Shown in pieces: positions 18,447 to 27,488 of a stretch of DNA of 62,201 bases. The stretch lies in the sequence record SRR31156797_5248, one strand, 5' to 3'. The notes under the pieces are model-generated. The model did no database searches and was not told where the DNA came from. It saw only the letters and a list, made by a program, of their open reading frames with translations. How positions within the stretch are numbered: position 1 is the first letter of the stretch; each line of letters begins with the position of its first letter. The translations under genes were made by a program, and so were the position numbers.

Positions 18447-20417
18447 CTAATTTAAATACTTGTACAAATAGTTCTCAAGCTCTTCCTTAGTATCAATCCA
18501 GTTAGGCAACTCTTTTATAATAATTGTATTTTGATCATATGTTGAATCAACTATTGCAAATTCAATTTGAGAATCAAGATTTGAATAAAACTCCCTGTTT
18601 TTAACAGTTTCCCTGCTCCAAAAATATGCTACATTAGAATCATTAATTACTAACCGTCCTAAAGGTATGCAAATAGGGCAATAGGCTTCAGAAGGTTTTC
18701 CGTAAAACTTGGCATGATGAATAAATTGAGAAAGCATTTTTTCTTTTGACCCAAACTCATATTCACCTATTTGATAGCTGCTCAACCATTCCAACCTTAA
18801 TGTGTCTGTCTCATTATAAAAATCAGTCCATTTTTTATTAGAATCGTAAGTTTCAACAGCCAACACATTTCTATTAGAAAAACCATAATTGGTTAAAAAC
18901 AAAGTATCTTTCGTATTACCCGGATCACCTGAAATCTCATCATTCACATGTTCATGAATAAGTAAGCTCCCATCAAAACTGCTCTCAGTTAGTTCATTTG
19001 CATCTGAAAACATCATATAGTATTTAGCACGTCCCTGATATAAGCCAGTTTCCTTATCGAATACCTTACCAAACACATCTTCAGAGTATGAATGAGAACC
19101 ACTTGTAATCTCTCCTCCATCATATACAAGCACAATACGTTTAGTCTTCGTTTCAATTTGACCCATAATGCTTCGTGTACCAAAAACACCAATATCTTCC
19201 ATTTTTTCTTGTGTTTTCAGCCATTCTTGGGTAATATTAAGTGGAGTAGATAATTTCTCATACTTTGAGAATTCCTTTAGTATAAATCCATCATTATAGT
19301 CAAATCCTAATTCAGTAATTCTCCATGAGTTTATATTACTTTTACCTTTGATAGACGTATTAAAAAAAACCTTATCACCTCTAACAGTAATATCATTTTG
19401 TATTTTATCGTTATATGGAACAGAAATCGTTTCAATTTCGTTGTCAAAATCCTTGAATAAACATAGATTTAATTCATGTGAGTCAAAGTCTTTTAAGCCT
19501 TTCCATATGATTAAATAAATTGAATCAGATAAAACTTTTCCTCCAAGAAAATTTAAAATAGGTACAACTTCTTCCTCATCATTTATATATTCACCTGTAA
19601 ATTTTGTTTTCAAATGAAAATATGCCGATAATTCACGATTCAAAGAATCTTTCTTAGCAGCATCCTCTTTTAAAGCTTTTGCTGTAGACCAACTATCATC
19701 AATACTGGAGACTAATGAAAAAACCTCATCTATTGAATAATTATGAATAGCTTTCTTATTGGAAAGTATCATACTATTTTTCACATTGAAATAATCAAAA
19801 CCGAAAAACTGCAAATTGATAGACTCCTCATTTTCATTATTTAAATTAATCCTATCAGGATCATTATCTACAAAATGAAATGTTTGTAATATTTTATCTT
19901 CTTGTCTGATGCCAATAGTAATTGGCTGAAATTTCATTCCAATTTGTCCGGAATATTTCTTACCCCAGCGTGTAAATACAAAATCTTCTCGATATACTCG
20001 CGCTTCTTGCTGATATTCCTCCGGCTCATAACGTACCATAAAAAGAAAATAGTCTTCACCAACTTTCACTTTATAAAGAGGCTTGTATATCCACTGAATA
20101 TCAGAATAGTTTCCGCATAAAGATTGCTGATAATACCAGCCAAAATTCCGGTAGGCATCAACTGAATCTTCGGTTAGTTTACTTTTAAACAATTCTTCTG
20201 AATCCGGTAGTGACTTTCTCTCTCTAAATAACCCAATAAAATCGTCCAAACTAGATACTTTAAAAACCGTATCTGATTTTTTTGTGTCTACCTTTGATTC
20301 TTGATTTTTGGTTTCTGTTTGATTATCACTCTTTTTAATTTGAGGGGACTTTTGCTGACAACCAATTAATAACAATATGATTATCGCAAAGTAAAGGCCT
20401 GCATTTTTAATACTCAT
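18447..20417 (-). CDS. Large hypothetical lipoprotein
   Basis: 656-aa ORF with lipobox LIGC; no recognised domain; AT-rich. Confidence 0.7.
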   Translation of the reverse strand: MSIKNAGLYFAIIILLLIGCQQKSPQIKKSDNQTETKNQESKVDTKKSDTVFKVSSLDDFIGLFRERKSLPDSEELFKSKLTEDSVDAYRNFGWYYQQSLCGNYSDIQWIYKPLYKVKVGEDYFLFMVRYEPEEYQQEARVYREDFVFTRWGKKYSGQIGMKFQPITIGIRQEDKILQTFHFVDNDPDRINLNNENEESINLQFFGFDYFNVKNSMILSNKKAIHNYSIDEVFSLVSSIDDSWSTAKALKEDAAKKDSLNRELSAYFHLKTKFTGEYINDEEEVVPILNFLGGKVLSDSIYLIIWKGLKDFDSHELNLCLFKDFDNEIETISVPYNDKIQNDITVRGDKVFFNTSIKGKSNINSWRITELGFDYNDGFILKEFSKYEKLSTPLNITQEWLKTQEKMEDIGVFGTRSIMGQIETKTKRIVLVYDGGEITSGSHSYSEDVFGKVFDKETGLYQGRAKYYMMFSDANELTESSFDGSLLIHEHVNDEISGDPGNTKDTLFLTNYGFSNRNVLAVETYDSNKKWTDFYNETDTLRLEWLSSYQIGEYEFGSKEKMLSQFIHHAKFYGKPSEAYCPICIPLGRLVINDSNVAYFWSRETVKNREFYSNLDSQIEFAIVDSTYDQNTIIIKELPNWIDTKEELENYLYKYLN

Positions 20418-20440
20418 CTGATTAACTTAAATTTACAATA

Positions 20441-21433
20441 CTAAGATTGCACTATTTGTTTTTCAATTATTTCCAATTCACTATCCCAATTCTGATTAGG
20501 GAACTTTTGTAATACAGTGGTAATCCCTTGTTTTGTATTCAAAAGAAACTTCTGATGCGCTTCAGTTTCCGGATTAAATGGCTTGTGAGCAATTGCTTTC
20601 TGCAACTTCTCTATATGTTTCATTTGACTAAGCGTTTCCGTGTTGAAAAAAGTCTGACTAAAACGTTGAAATATATAATCAACTGCTTTTGGAGATAAAT
20701 GGGTCATATCTTCCGCATAAAAGCGATAATCACGCAAATCGTCCATCACTAATTCATAGGATGGGAAATAACTACACTGTGTAAATGAATCCACAAGGTT
20801 ATGAATTGAGATATTCAAAATAGATTTTGACAAAGTATTTTCAACCGCACCATCTTTTAAATGCCTGATCGGACTTAATGTGAAAATGACTTTTAAATCC
20901 GGATTTAACTCTTCGAGTTTTTGCAACAGCATTCCAATTTCATCAGTAATATCGCATGAGGCCAACCTAAAGCGTTTAAACGCTTTAGCAGGAACTTTAT
21001 GACAATTGCTTACTATTCTGCCGGAAGATTTCAATTCATATACCCAGGAAGTGCCAAAGGTGACAAACAGAAAATCTGCTTTTTTCAAAAAGTCAATAGA
21101 TTCTTGTCTTACTTTTTCAATTTTATCTAAAAGCAAGGCTTTGTCAGGTTCAGAAAAGCTGCTATGATGCAAATAACTATGCCATAAACCTCCATGTTGC
21201 ACTAAATCATTTTCGTCAAGCACACGATGTCCCAATAAATGGTTAAATACCTCTTGAATGGAGTATGGGTTATACAACACACCATAAGGATTTGACATCA
21301 CATTAAATTTCAGTTTTTTCAGCTTTTGGCCTATATTATCACTAAAACATGATCCAATTAGCATTACTTTCGAATCGTAATGAATGGATGACTCAAACTC
21401 GGGAATATCAAATGTGGTTCTGAAACTTGTCAT
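20441..21433 (-). CDS. GSCFA domain protein (SGNH-like)
   Basis: IGSCFSDNIG, NPYGVLYNP, VSNCHKVP, SPIRHLKDG, YFPSYELVMDDLRDYRFY. Confidence 0.92.
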   Translation of the reverse strand: MTSFRTTFDIPEFESSIHYDSKVMLIGSCFSDNIGQKLKKLKFNVMSNPYGVLYNPYSIQEVFNHLLGHRVLDENDLVQHGGLWHSYLHHSSFSEPDKALLLDKIEKVRQESIDFLKKADFLFVTFGTSWVYELKSSGRIVSNCHKVPAKAFKRFRLASCDITDEIGMLLQKLEELNPDLKVIFTLSPIRHLKDGAVENTLSKSILNISIHNLVDSFTQCSYFPSYELVMDDLRDYRFYAEDMTHLSPKAVDYIFQRFSQTFFNTETLSQMKHIEKLQKAIAHKPFNPETEAHQKFLLNTKQGITTVLQKFPNQNWDSELEIIEKQIVQS

Positions 21434-22257
21434 AATACCTTGCTTATATGCGCTTTTATAGCTTCCATTGCCTGGTTACTTTCCTTTTCTTTATGAATTT
21501 CGTGCAAAAATCCCTCAAATAGCTTCAGTTCAATAAAATCAGGATTCTTCTGAGCTAAATATTTTGATCCTTCCGGACTGGCTATTGGGTCGGCAGTTCC
21601 ATGCATTAATAATAATGGAACGTGTAATTTCTCTATATGCACTTTTGCATAATTAGCAGCAGCATCCAACTCAAAATAAGTTCGCACTGTTATTTTTCCA
21701 TGCAATAAATCATCCTTATCATACTTTTCCAATTCTTCTTCATTACTAGTAAGCTGATCTCGCTTAATACCAGAATGTTGTGTATAAGATGGATAAATAG
21801 CATCAACCAGGCGAGCGAATGAAACCAATAGTTTTGAAGGTGGTTTTCGCAAAACAACCCATGGAGAAGACACAATAGCTCCTTTAACTTTTGGTAATTT
21901 TCTAAGCAGATAATTTAAAGCAATGTTGCCTCCCATACTATGTCCGTAAATTAGCTTTGGCAAATGAGCAAATAGTTCATCAGCTTTATCAAACAACATA
22001 GAAACAAAATCCAGCGGTTCACAATAACTATTAAAATGCCCAAGCTTTCCTTCAGAACGTCCGTGTCCATGATGATCAGCAGAAATTACCGCTAATCCCA
22101 TATCGCAAAAATGAGCAAACCAATCATCATAACGCCTGCAATGCTCACCAATACCATGTACAAAAACTATTACACCTTCAGGCTCATCATCTGGTATCCA
22201 GGTAGCTCCATAAACCTCTTTTTCACTGGATTTCCATTGATATTCTGTAATCTTCAT
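21430..22257 (-). CDS. Alpha/beta hydrolase, lysophospholipase/monoglyceride lipase family
   Basis: HGIGEH, GHGRSEG, GHSMGG, HGTAD, HEIH; start placed at MKITEY (22257) because the longer ORF overlaps yjbQ and a minus-strand TAAATTTG lies at 22272-22279. Confidence 0.9.
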   Translation of the reverse strand: MKITEYQWKSSEKEVYGATWIPDDEPEGVIVFVHGIGEHCRRYDDWFAHFCDMGLAVISADHHGHGRSEGKLGHFNSYCEPLDFVSMLFDKADELFAHLPKLIYGHSMGGNIALNYLLRKLPKVKGAIVSSPWVVLRKPPSKLLVSFARLVDAIYPSYTQHSGIKRDQLTSNEEELEKYDKDDLLHGKITVRTYFELDAAANYAKVHIEKLHVPLLLMHGTADPIASPEGSKYLAQKNPDFIELKLFEGFLHEIHKEKESNQAMEAIKAHISKVL

Positions 22258-22271
22258 ATTACCAATTTTTT

Positions 22272-22330
22272 CAAATTTACTAAAAACGAGGAAAGTGAAT
22301 ACCAAGCGGTGCTCTTTTTGGTTAAATTTG
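22272..22330. promoter_or_regulatory. Divergent -7 promoter elements for the hydrolase and yjbQ
   Basis: TAAATTTG on the minus strand at 22272-22279 and on the plus strand at 22323-22330. Confidence 0.55.
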
Positions 22331-22345
22331 TATAAATGTTTAACC

Positions 22346-22762
22346 ATGCAACAGACCATTCGCATACGCACTGATAAACATAACGCTTTGTACGACATCA
22401 CTTCTGAAGTTGCTGACATTGTAAATACCTCTGGTGCGAAAAGTGGCATAGCCCACATTTACGCTCAGGGAGCAACAGCAGCTATTATGATTCAGGAAAA
22501 CTGGGATCAAAGCGTACAAAATGATGTGGTGAATTTGCTCAAAAAATATATTCCACAAGGTTTATGGGAGCATGATGTGCAGGATGGAAATGGTGATGCC
22601 CACTTAAAAGCAGGGTTGGTAGGTCCGTCAGAATCAGTTCCCATTCAAAATGGAGAGCTTGCTTTGAGCACCTGGCAAAATATCTTTTTCTGCGAATTTG
22701 ATGGCCCACGCAGTGAACGAAACATTTTAGTAACAATAATTAACAATTGCGATATTGAGTAA
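22346..22762 (+). CDS. yjbQ: UPF0047 / secondary thiamine-phosphate synthase YjbQ family protein
   Basis: ATAAIMIQEN, HD...GNGDAHLKA, LSTWQNIFFCEFDGPR. Confidence 0.9.
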   Translation: MQQTIRIRTDKHNALYDITSEVADIVNTSGAKSGIAHIYAQGATAAIMIQENWDQSVQNDVVNLLKKYIPQGLWEHDVQDGNGDAHLKAGLVGPSESVPIQNGELALSTWQNIFFCEFDGPRSERNILVTIINNCDIE

Positions 22763-22774
22763 CACAAAAATACA

Positions 22775-23521
22775 ATGACAAAAAAATTCCTTGCTTTAAT
22801 CCCAGCCCGTTACGGATCCACTCGTTTTCCCGGAAAACCATTGGCCGACATACATGGAAAACCGATGATACAACATGTTTATGAAAAAGCACTTGAAGTA
22901 TTTGATCATGCTTACGTAGCTACAGATGATGTAAGAATTGAAGAAGCAGTAAAATCCTTTGGCGGTCATGCTGTAATGACATCAGAAAATCATAAAAGTG
23001 GAACAGACCGATGCGTGGAAGCATTGAATAAAGTAGAGAAAATATTAAAAACAAAGTTTGATGTGGTAATCAACATTCAAGGTGATGAGCCATTTATTCA
23101 GTCATCTCAGCTAAAATTAATATCGAGTTGTTTTAAAGATAAATCAACTCAAATAGCCACTTTAGTTAAAAAGATTGAATTACAAACAGATCTATTCGAT
23201 ATCAATAAACCCAAAGTTGTATTAACGGCAGATCAAAAAGCTATTTATTTCAGCAGGCAACCAATCCCTTATTATCGGGGTTTAGAAGAATCAAAATGGT
23301 TGAAACAACACACCTATTTCAAGCATCTTGGACTTTATGCATATAAGACAAAAACACTAAGAGAGATTACTAAACTTTCACAATCTAGTTTGGAGCTTGC
23401 AGAATCATTGGAACAACTTCGCTGGCTGGAAAATGGATATCAAATAACTGTGCGTGAAACAGAGGTAGAAAATATGGCAGTCGATACTCCTGCTGATTTA
23501 CAAAGAATTTTGAGGAGTTAA
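22775..23521 (+). CDS. kdsB: 3-deoxy-manno-octulosonate cytidylyltransferase
   Basis: IPARYGSTRFPGKPLA, SGTDR, NIQGDEP, YFSR, ESLEQLRWLE, VDTPAD. Confidence 0.97.
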   Translation: MTKKFLALIPARYGSTRFPGKPLADIHGKPMIQHVYEKALEVFDHAYVATDDVRIEEAVKSFGGHAVMTSENHKSGTDRCVEALNKVEKILKTKFDVVINIQGDEPFIQSSQLKLISSCFKDKSTQIATLVKKIELQTDLFDINKPKVVLTADQKAIYFSRQPIPYYRGLEESKWLKQHTYFKHLGLYAYKTKTLREITKLSQSSLELAESLEQLRWLENGYQITVRETEVENMAVDTPADLQRILRS

Positions 23522-23593
23522 CACAGCCATTTCGATTCATTTTTACCAACCCACAAGCCACTTAATGGCTCAGGTAGGTGATTTAATAAAACC

Positions 23594-24571
23594 CTACTCA
23601 ATCACTAAATAAACAAAGGTTTGGTTTACAACATGATAGGCGATTTCGCCAAATGTTACCGGTCCACTAACATTTGCAATATTTTTACCTTCTAACCCAA
23701 AATTGACATAATTAAAAAGACATGTACAGGAGAAAATCATGTTGCCGGCATCTCTTCCTGATAACTTTTCTTTAAACTCTGCAGCATAGTCAATATTTCG
23801 GTGTTTAGCTACACGATATACCGTCTCAGGAAATACCGGAGCAAACAAATCTGCACGCTTTTTCTCTTTATCCCATATTGACCCAACATTTAATCGTGCA
23901 CCTGCATAATTAGCTACTAATGGTAAAGTTTCATCAATATCATTTTCAATCAAATATTCATATAGATCTCTTTTTTCACCATTGATTAAGCATTCATTAT
24001 TTCCAAAACCTCTTTTTTCAAAAAAGATATTATCGCCGTTGCCTTGCTCATACACATTAATAATTTCAGCACGAGCAACTTTATTTATTGGAATACTGGC
24101 ATGCAACACAGCTGCTTTATTTGCAGATGATTTATTACCTACATATGTTTTAGGTAAAAGCTTGCCAAAATCTTCATATTTTACACCTGACACCCAACCT
24201 ACTATCGGGTTCACATACAAGTTTTGCCACTGGGGAGATTCCAATGCATATTTTGACCACACATCAGTCAATGCTGGCAATATTAAAAATGAAAATCCAT
24301 TCTCAAAACTATCATTTACTATTTGGTTGATGCTTTGTTCATCATATGATTCGATCGTGAAATCTACAATCACATCAGAAATATCATTTACGTAAATCTT
24401 ATCCTGGGTAAATAATCCTCCACCGGTAGTCATAAAATATGGAATTGTTCCTCCTATCCAATTCCCATCTGGCAACTGATTAAGCAAACTTTCATCGCCT
24501 GACAGCAATAATGTCTTTCCGACGGAAATAAAAGTGGTAACCTCTTCTACAGTATATAAATGTTGTGACAT
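23594..24571 (-). CDS. FIST-like protein (DUF6976-type)
   Basis: LPDGNWIGGTIPYFM, PLVANYAGARLN, FSCTCLFNY, GPVTFGEIAY..VNQTFV (FIST_C-like ending). Confidence 0.7.
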   Translation of the reverse strand: MSQHLYTVEEVTTFISVGKTLLLSGDESLLNQLPDGNWIGGTIPYFMTTGGGLFTQDKIYVNDISDVIVDFTIESYDEQSINQIVNDSFENGFSFLILPALTDVWSKYALESPQWQNLYVNPIVGWVSGVKYEDFGKLLPKTYVGNKSSANKAAVLHASIPINKVARAEIINVYEQGNGDNIFFEKRGFGNNECLINGEKRDLYEYLIENDIDETLPLVANYAGARLNVGSIWDKEKKRADLFAPVFPETVYRVAKHRNIDYAAEFKEKLSGRDAGNMIFSCTCLFNYVNFGLEGKNIANVSGPVTFGEIAYHVVNQTFVYLVIE

Positions 24572-24585
24572 CTCAATAATTTTTG

Positions 24586-24876
24586 TTAGTTGGTGCTGAA
24601 AATAACCTTCATATCTTTCACCACGGCATGCTTATATTTTGCGCAAAGCTCATAAATTTCATCCACAGCTTTTTCTACAGTTAATTTCCCATTTTTAATA
24701 TCTGTAGCTGTTTGACTTACTTTGAGCTGAAGTACAAAATTGGTTAAAGGGTATTGCTTCTCCCCCTTCACCAATAATTTCCATTCTGGTCTTTGTTTAT
24801 CAGGTAACAATGGTTCAGATAATCTATGACTATTTTCATTTTTCATAACTATTGCTAAGATAAATTGATTATTCAT
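24586..24876 (-). CDS. Small helical hypothetical protein, co-transcribed with the FIST-like gene
   Basis: P.K.RPEWKLLVKGE...AVDEIYELCAKY...DMKVIF; 14 nt from the downstream gene; true start may be 24846. Confidence 0.65.
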   Translation of the reverse strand: MNNQFILAIVMKNENSHRLSEPLLPDKQRPEWKLLVKGEKQYPLTNFVLQLKVSQTATDIKNGKLTVEKAVDEIYELCAKYKHAVVKDMKVIFSTN

Positions 24877-24942
24877 AAAAAACCAATAAAAACCTTAAAC
24901 ATTATTTAATATGTAATTTTTTCAAAAGAAAAATAAAATTTT

Positions 24943-24958
24943 ATGCAATCGTTTGCAT
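24943..24958. promoter_or_regulatory. LacI/GalR-type operator-like palindrome
   Basis: ATGCAATCGTTTGCAT (TGCAAnCGnTTGCA) in a divergent intergenic region. Confidence 0.55.
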
Positions 24959-25053
24959 TAAATACAATATTTTTACCAACTTTCCGTATATATAATACCC
25001 TTTTATGACTGTGTATTATAGAAAATAGCAATCTTAAATACCTGTAAATTACT

Positions 25054-25356
25054 ATGAAAGAAGAGATTAAGCAAGAAAGAAAAGTTATAATAAAACGTCA
25101 TTCCAAACTTCAAAAAGAGATCAAACAGAATGCATTTTTCGATTTAGCCAGTTTGGGTAATTGCACAATTTGTAAATTAAGCATAGCACTGCTTATTATT
25201 ATGAGTTTCATAGTAGTTAAGCCTCAACCTCAAACAAAGTATGATAAAGTAATTCAACAAGACTCATTGATTTCAAGCAAAAAGGACACGGTACGCAATG
25301 TTAACATCATGGGTTTGTCTCCAACCGGTCTAATTTCTAGCTCTGATCAACAATAA
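25054..25356 (+). CDS. Small hypothetical single-TM protein
   Basis: 100-aa ORF with one hydrophobic stretch preceded by CxxC; 20-bp convergent overlap with the next gene. Confidence 0.4.
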   Translation: MKEEIKQERKVIIKRHSKLQKEIKQNAFFDLASLGNCTICKLSIALLIIMSFIVVKPQPQTKYDKVIQQDSLISSKKDTVRNVNIMGLSPTGLISSSDQQ

Positions 25357-25876
25357 TATAACCTATTTCTTCAGGATGATCCTGAATAAATGAATTACTA
25401 TTGGCTTTTCTTAACATCCAAAGTCCATAAAGATCGCTTCCTGCTCCAATACTGAAAAGAATTCCTGTTAAAAGTAATACACCCTCTCCGATAAATATTG
25501 CCCCAATTATTGGAAGCAATCCTAAAACTAAAAATGGCATTATTGTTCCCAATACATAATGAAATTTCCTTATTGGCTCCTTACAATGGCTATATGGTGT
25601 TAAACTACTCCATTTAAACCCAAACTGTATAGATTTCCAACCACTTTTTGCAAATAAACTCCATATGATTCCATGTAAAAATTCATGCAATATTACACCT
25701 GAAATTATTATGGGAACTACCCATATTAGCAGTAAATCAAAAGCTGCAACCAACTCATCAAGTGGCCAAAACAATAGAAAAACAAAAACTGAAAGACTAA
25801 TAATTGGTATAGATAGCAACAGTGCTGCGAGATTTCCTCGCAGCACTGACACAGTATATACTTTTTCTTGTTGCAT
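25337..25876 (-). CDS. DUF3267 putative membrane zinc metallopeptidase
   Basis: ILHEFLHG (HExxH), PYSHCKEP, GAGSDL, DHPEEIG. Confidence 0.85.
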   Translation of the reverse strand: MQQEKVYTVSVLRGNLAALLLSIPIISLSVFVFLLFWPLDELVAAFDLLLIWVVPIIISGVILHEFLHGIIWSLFAKSGWKSIQFGFKWSSLTPYSHCKEPIRKFHYVLGTIMPFLVLGLLPIIGAIFIGEGVLLLTGILFSIGAGSDLYGLWMLRKANSNSFIQDHPEEIGYIIVDQS

Positions 25877-25879
25877 TTC

Positions 25880-27409
25880 TTATTCCAGGCTTCCAACTAC
25901 CTTTTCCACTTCCTCCAATATTTCCGTTGACTTCACTAATGCTTTCATTGTGGTATGATCATCATATAGCGGACGGTCAATGTCAAGAAAATCAACATGC
26001 TTTCTCACTGTTTCCCAGGCTTTCTGGACTCCTTTTCCGAAGCTATATTCCTCTTTTCTGAAGTCTAAAGCTTGTGCAGCAGCCATAATCTCAATTCCCA
26101 AAACTCCATATGCATTATCTAATATTTGGAAATTCTTAATGGCTGTATTCATACCCATCGATACAAAATCTTCCTGATCAGCAGCAGCAGGAATAGACTG
26201 TATTGAAGCAGGTGTAGATAAAATTCTTTGTTCTACAATTTGCATATCAGCTGTGTACTGACTAAGCATTAACCCGGAAAACATTCCTGCACCTTTCGTT
26301 AAAAAAGCCGGTAATCCAACATTTAATGCCGGGTGGTTTAATCTGTTCATGCGTCGCTCAGACATTACACTAACCATGGTGATGCAAGAACCAATCATAT
26401 CCATAGGCACAGCTACAGGAGTTCCCTGGAAATTTGCTCCTGATAATTGTATCTTCTCATCAGGGAAAAATATTGGATTATCTCCAACTCCATTTAATTC
26501 TATTTCAACCTGAGAGCGCGCATAAGCTAAAGCATCGTGTGCAGCTCCAATAACTTGTGGAGTAGAACGCATTGAATAAGCATCCTGTACCTTACATGTG
26601 ATTTTTCCTTCTTTTAAATCACCTCCAGATACAAGCTTATTTATGGCGTTGGCACTTCGAACAGCACCTTTAAAACCGCGCACTTCATGCAGTTTTGCTG
26701 TATATGGCTTCATATTAGCTTTTAGTGCCTCTAATGACATAGCTGCACCAATTTCAGCTTGTTTCAGCCAATTGTTAGCATCATATAGAAGAATAGCACT
26801 CATTGCTGTTAATACATTAGAACCATTGATAGTTGCTAAACCATCACGTGCCTGTAAACCCGGAATTGGGATCTCGGCAGCATCCATGGCTTCTTTCCCA
26901 CCCATTAATTGTCCTTTATAATAGGCTTTCCCTTCGCCCATCATTAAAAGAGCAATTTGAGACATTGGCGCTAAATCGCCACTGGCACCAACAGATCCTT
27001 TTTGGCAAACAAAAGGTGTAACACCTTTATTCAACATTTCAATCAATGTTTCGGTTATTTGCAACCTAACGCCTGAGTTTCCATGGGCATGTACATTGAT
27101 ACGTCCAAGCATTGCTCCACGCACATACTCTAATGGAGCAGGATCGCCAATACCGGCAGCATGGTTATAAATTAAATATTTCTGAAAATCTTTAACTTGC
27201 TCATCAGAAAGTACTACTTCTGAGAATTCTCCAATACCGGTATTTACGCCATACATAATTTCATTGGCCTGGATTTTCTCTTCCAGCATTGCGCGGCATT
27301 TATTAATTCTGGCTTTGGCATCTTCATGCAACTCTACTTTGCGATGATGACGAGCAACTTCAACTACATCTTCAATGGTAAGTCCCTTACCTTTAATTAT
27401 TAGTGTCAT
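25880..27409 (-). CDS. hutH: MIO-dependent aromatic amino acid ammonia-lyase, probably histidine ammonia-lyase
   Basis: YGVNTGIG, GSVGASGDLAP (ASG/MIO), VQDAYSMRSTPQV, DNP, GANFQG, QEDFVSMG; start at MTLIIK. Confidence 0.85.
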   Translation of the reverse strand: MTLIIKGKGLTIEDVVEVARHHRKVELHEDAKARINKCRAMLEEKIQANEIMYGVNTGIGEFSEVVLSDEQVKDFQKYLIYNHAAGIGDPAPLEYVRGAMLGRINVHAHGNSGVRLQITETLIEMLNKGVTPFVCQKGSVGASGDLAPMSQIALLMMGEGKAYYKGQLMGGKEAMDAAEIPIPGLQARDGLATINGSNVLTAMSAILLYDANNWLKQAEIGAAMSLEALKANMKPYTAKLHEVRGFKGAVRSANAINKLVSGGDLKEGKITCKVQDAYSMRSTPQVIGAAHDALAYARSQVEIELNGVGDNPIFFPDEKIQLSGANFQGTPVAVPMDMIGSCITMVSVMSERRMNRLNHPALNVGLPAFLTKGAGMFSGLMLSQYTADMQIVEQRILSTPASIQSIPAAADQEDFVSMGMNTAIKNFQILDNAYGVLGIEIMAAAQALDFRKEEYSFGKGVQKAWETVRKHVDFLDIDRPLYDDHTTMKALVKSTEILEEVEKVVGSLE

Positions 27410-27488
27410 TATTTTAGGTATTTTTTCATTATGCAATCGAGTGCAAATTAGAAAAAATTAGTCTAAAAGCAGAATACAACTAAGGATA

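Noticed and set aside
22258-22458. N-terminal extensions of the hydrolase (to 22458) and yjbQ (from 22295) ORFs
   Set aside because: They overlap each other and the divergent -7 elements; internal ATGs at 22257 and 22346 fit the families better
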